A stretch of DNA of 64,000 nucleotides, from assembly GCA_043771335.1 (NCBI GenBank), contig JAYVHM010000001.1, positions 92,901-156,900 of the forward strand, given 5' to 3'. Position numbers and translations under genes: made by a program. The notes under the pieces were generated by a model that was not told the DNA's origin, did not search any database, and saw only the letters and a list, made by a program, of their open reading frames with translations. This document shows, one piece after another, positions 63,429 through 64,000 of the stretch. The DNA comes from a bacterium (lineage in GTDB: Bacteria > Patescibacteriota > Minisyncoccia > Phycocordibacterales > UBA5272). The stretch's first letter is position 1, and each line of letters opens with the position of its first letter.

Positions 63429-63940
63429 GGACCGTTTTGACTCAAACAGTCAAGCAATTGCTTGCTTGCAGCTAACTCAGCTTTAAGTCTCGCATTGTCA
63501 GCATCAGCCAATGTGGCTAGGGCTGAGGATGAAGACGCTGCAGCGGGTACAGCTGCTGTAGAAATAGCAGTCAATGGTTTAACACTAATGTCTTTATCTG
63601 CCCATGGACGCCACGCAAGAACAAAGAGGACAATAGCACCCACCAGCATCAAAAACCAAAGTTTATACTTATCATAAACATCAATCTTTACACCGGAGAG
63701 ATGCTTAGCCACAGCATTTTCAATGTTGGTGTTCAATGCCTGAACACCAGCAGCAACATTTCCCTGAGAAGATACCCCTGACATACCTTGATTTTGATTT
63801 AAGGCAGCAGCAACACCACTCTGAGCGGCAATGTGCGTATGAGCAGACTGAATATCCATAGGATCAAATCCTTGAGCAAGAAGTGCTTGGTGATTAAGAC
63901 CCATTCTGATATGCCCTGCTATCTGTTCGATTACATTCAT
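63410..63940 (-). CDS. Single-TM hypothetical protein
   Basis: SD AAAGGAGA; TM LWFLMLVGAIVLFVLAW; Ala-rich linker and short coiled coil. Confidence 0.75.
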   Translation of the reverse strand: MNVIEQIAGHIRMGLNHQALLAQGFDPMDIQSAHTHIAAQSGVAAALNQNQGMSGVSSQGNVAAGVQALNTNIENAVAKHLSGVKIDVYDKYKLWFLMLVGAIVLFVLAWRPWADKDISVKPLTAISTAAVPAAASSSSALATLADADNARLKAELAASKQLLDCLSQNGPCAVKK

Positions 63941-64000
63941 GATTATCTCCTTTCAAAGAGTTGCGGGATCATTAGCCCGGGGATATTATCCCTAAATAAA

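Noticed and set aside
63955-64000. Fluoride riboswitch (GCTAATGA resemblance)
   Set aside because: Lacks the 5' GGnGATGG element and the matching pseudoknot; downstream gene is unrelated; leader is truncated by the window edge

Overview
AT-rich bacterial chromosome segment, most consistent with a Patescibacteria/CPR (Parcubacteria-like) genome. This is inferred from gene content and order: the pilM-N-O-(P)-B-T-C-pilin-pilD-minor pilins-ligA-gatC-gatA block, a GPVGQGKST-type PilT, short UvrA and PolA, an inserted NDK, and almost no biosynthetic genes. TGA is used as stop (code 11). Nearly all genes are on the minus strand. Content: housekeeping genes (cysS, lysS, uvrA, uvrB, tgt, dus, ligA, gatAC, trmD, rpsP, rnr, infA, dnaK, grpE, polA, tsaE), three tRNAs, a type IV pilus cluster, two small basic ORFs missed by the ORF track, and a cluster of secreted or surface proteins at 56.7-64 kb. 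No CRISPR, transposase, integrase or rRNA was seen. The most striking pattern is a split in translation signals. The core genes checked are either leaderless (start codon 6-7 nt after a TGnTATAAT box) or have A-rich leaders with no Shine-Dalgarno (SD). Seven accessory genes are instead self-contained promoter-leader-SD-ORF-terminator cassettes with a strong SD. Other highlights: a candidate -1 frameshift on A_AAA_AAG, an uncharacterised secreted domain shared by a Tat-signal and a Sec-signal protein, a 10-copy C-x16-C surface repeat, and a Ca-binding-repeat/TM/HEPN-like fusion. All calls are by eye, with no database searches.
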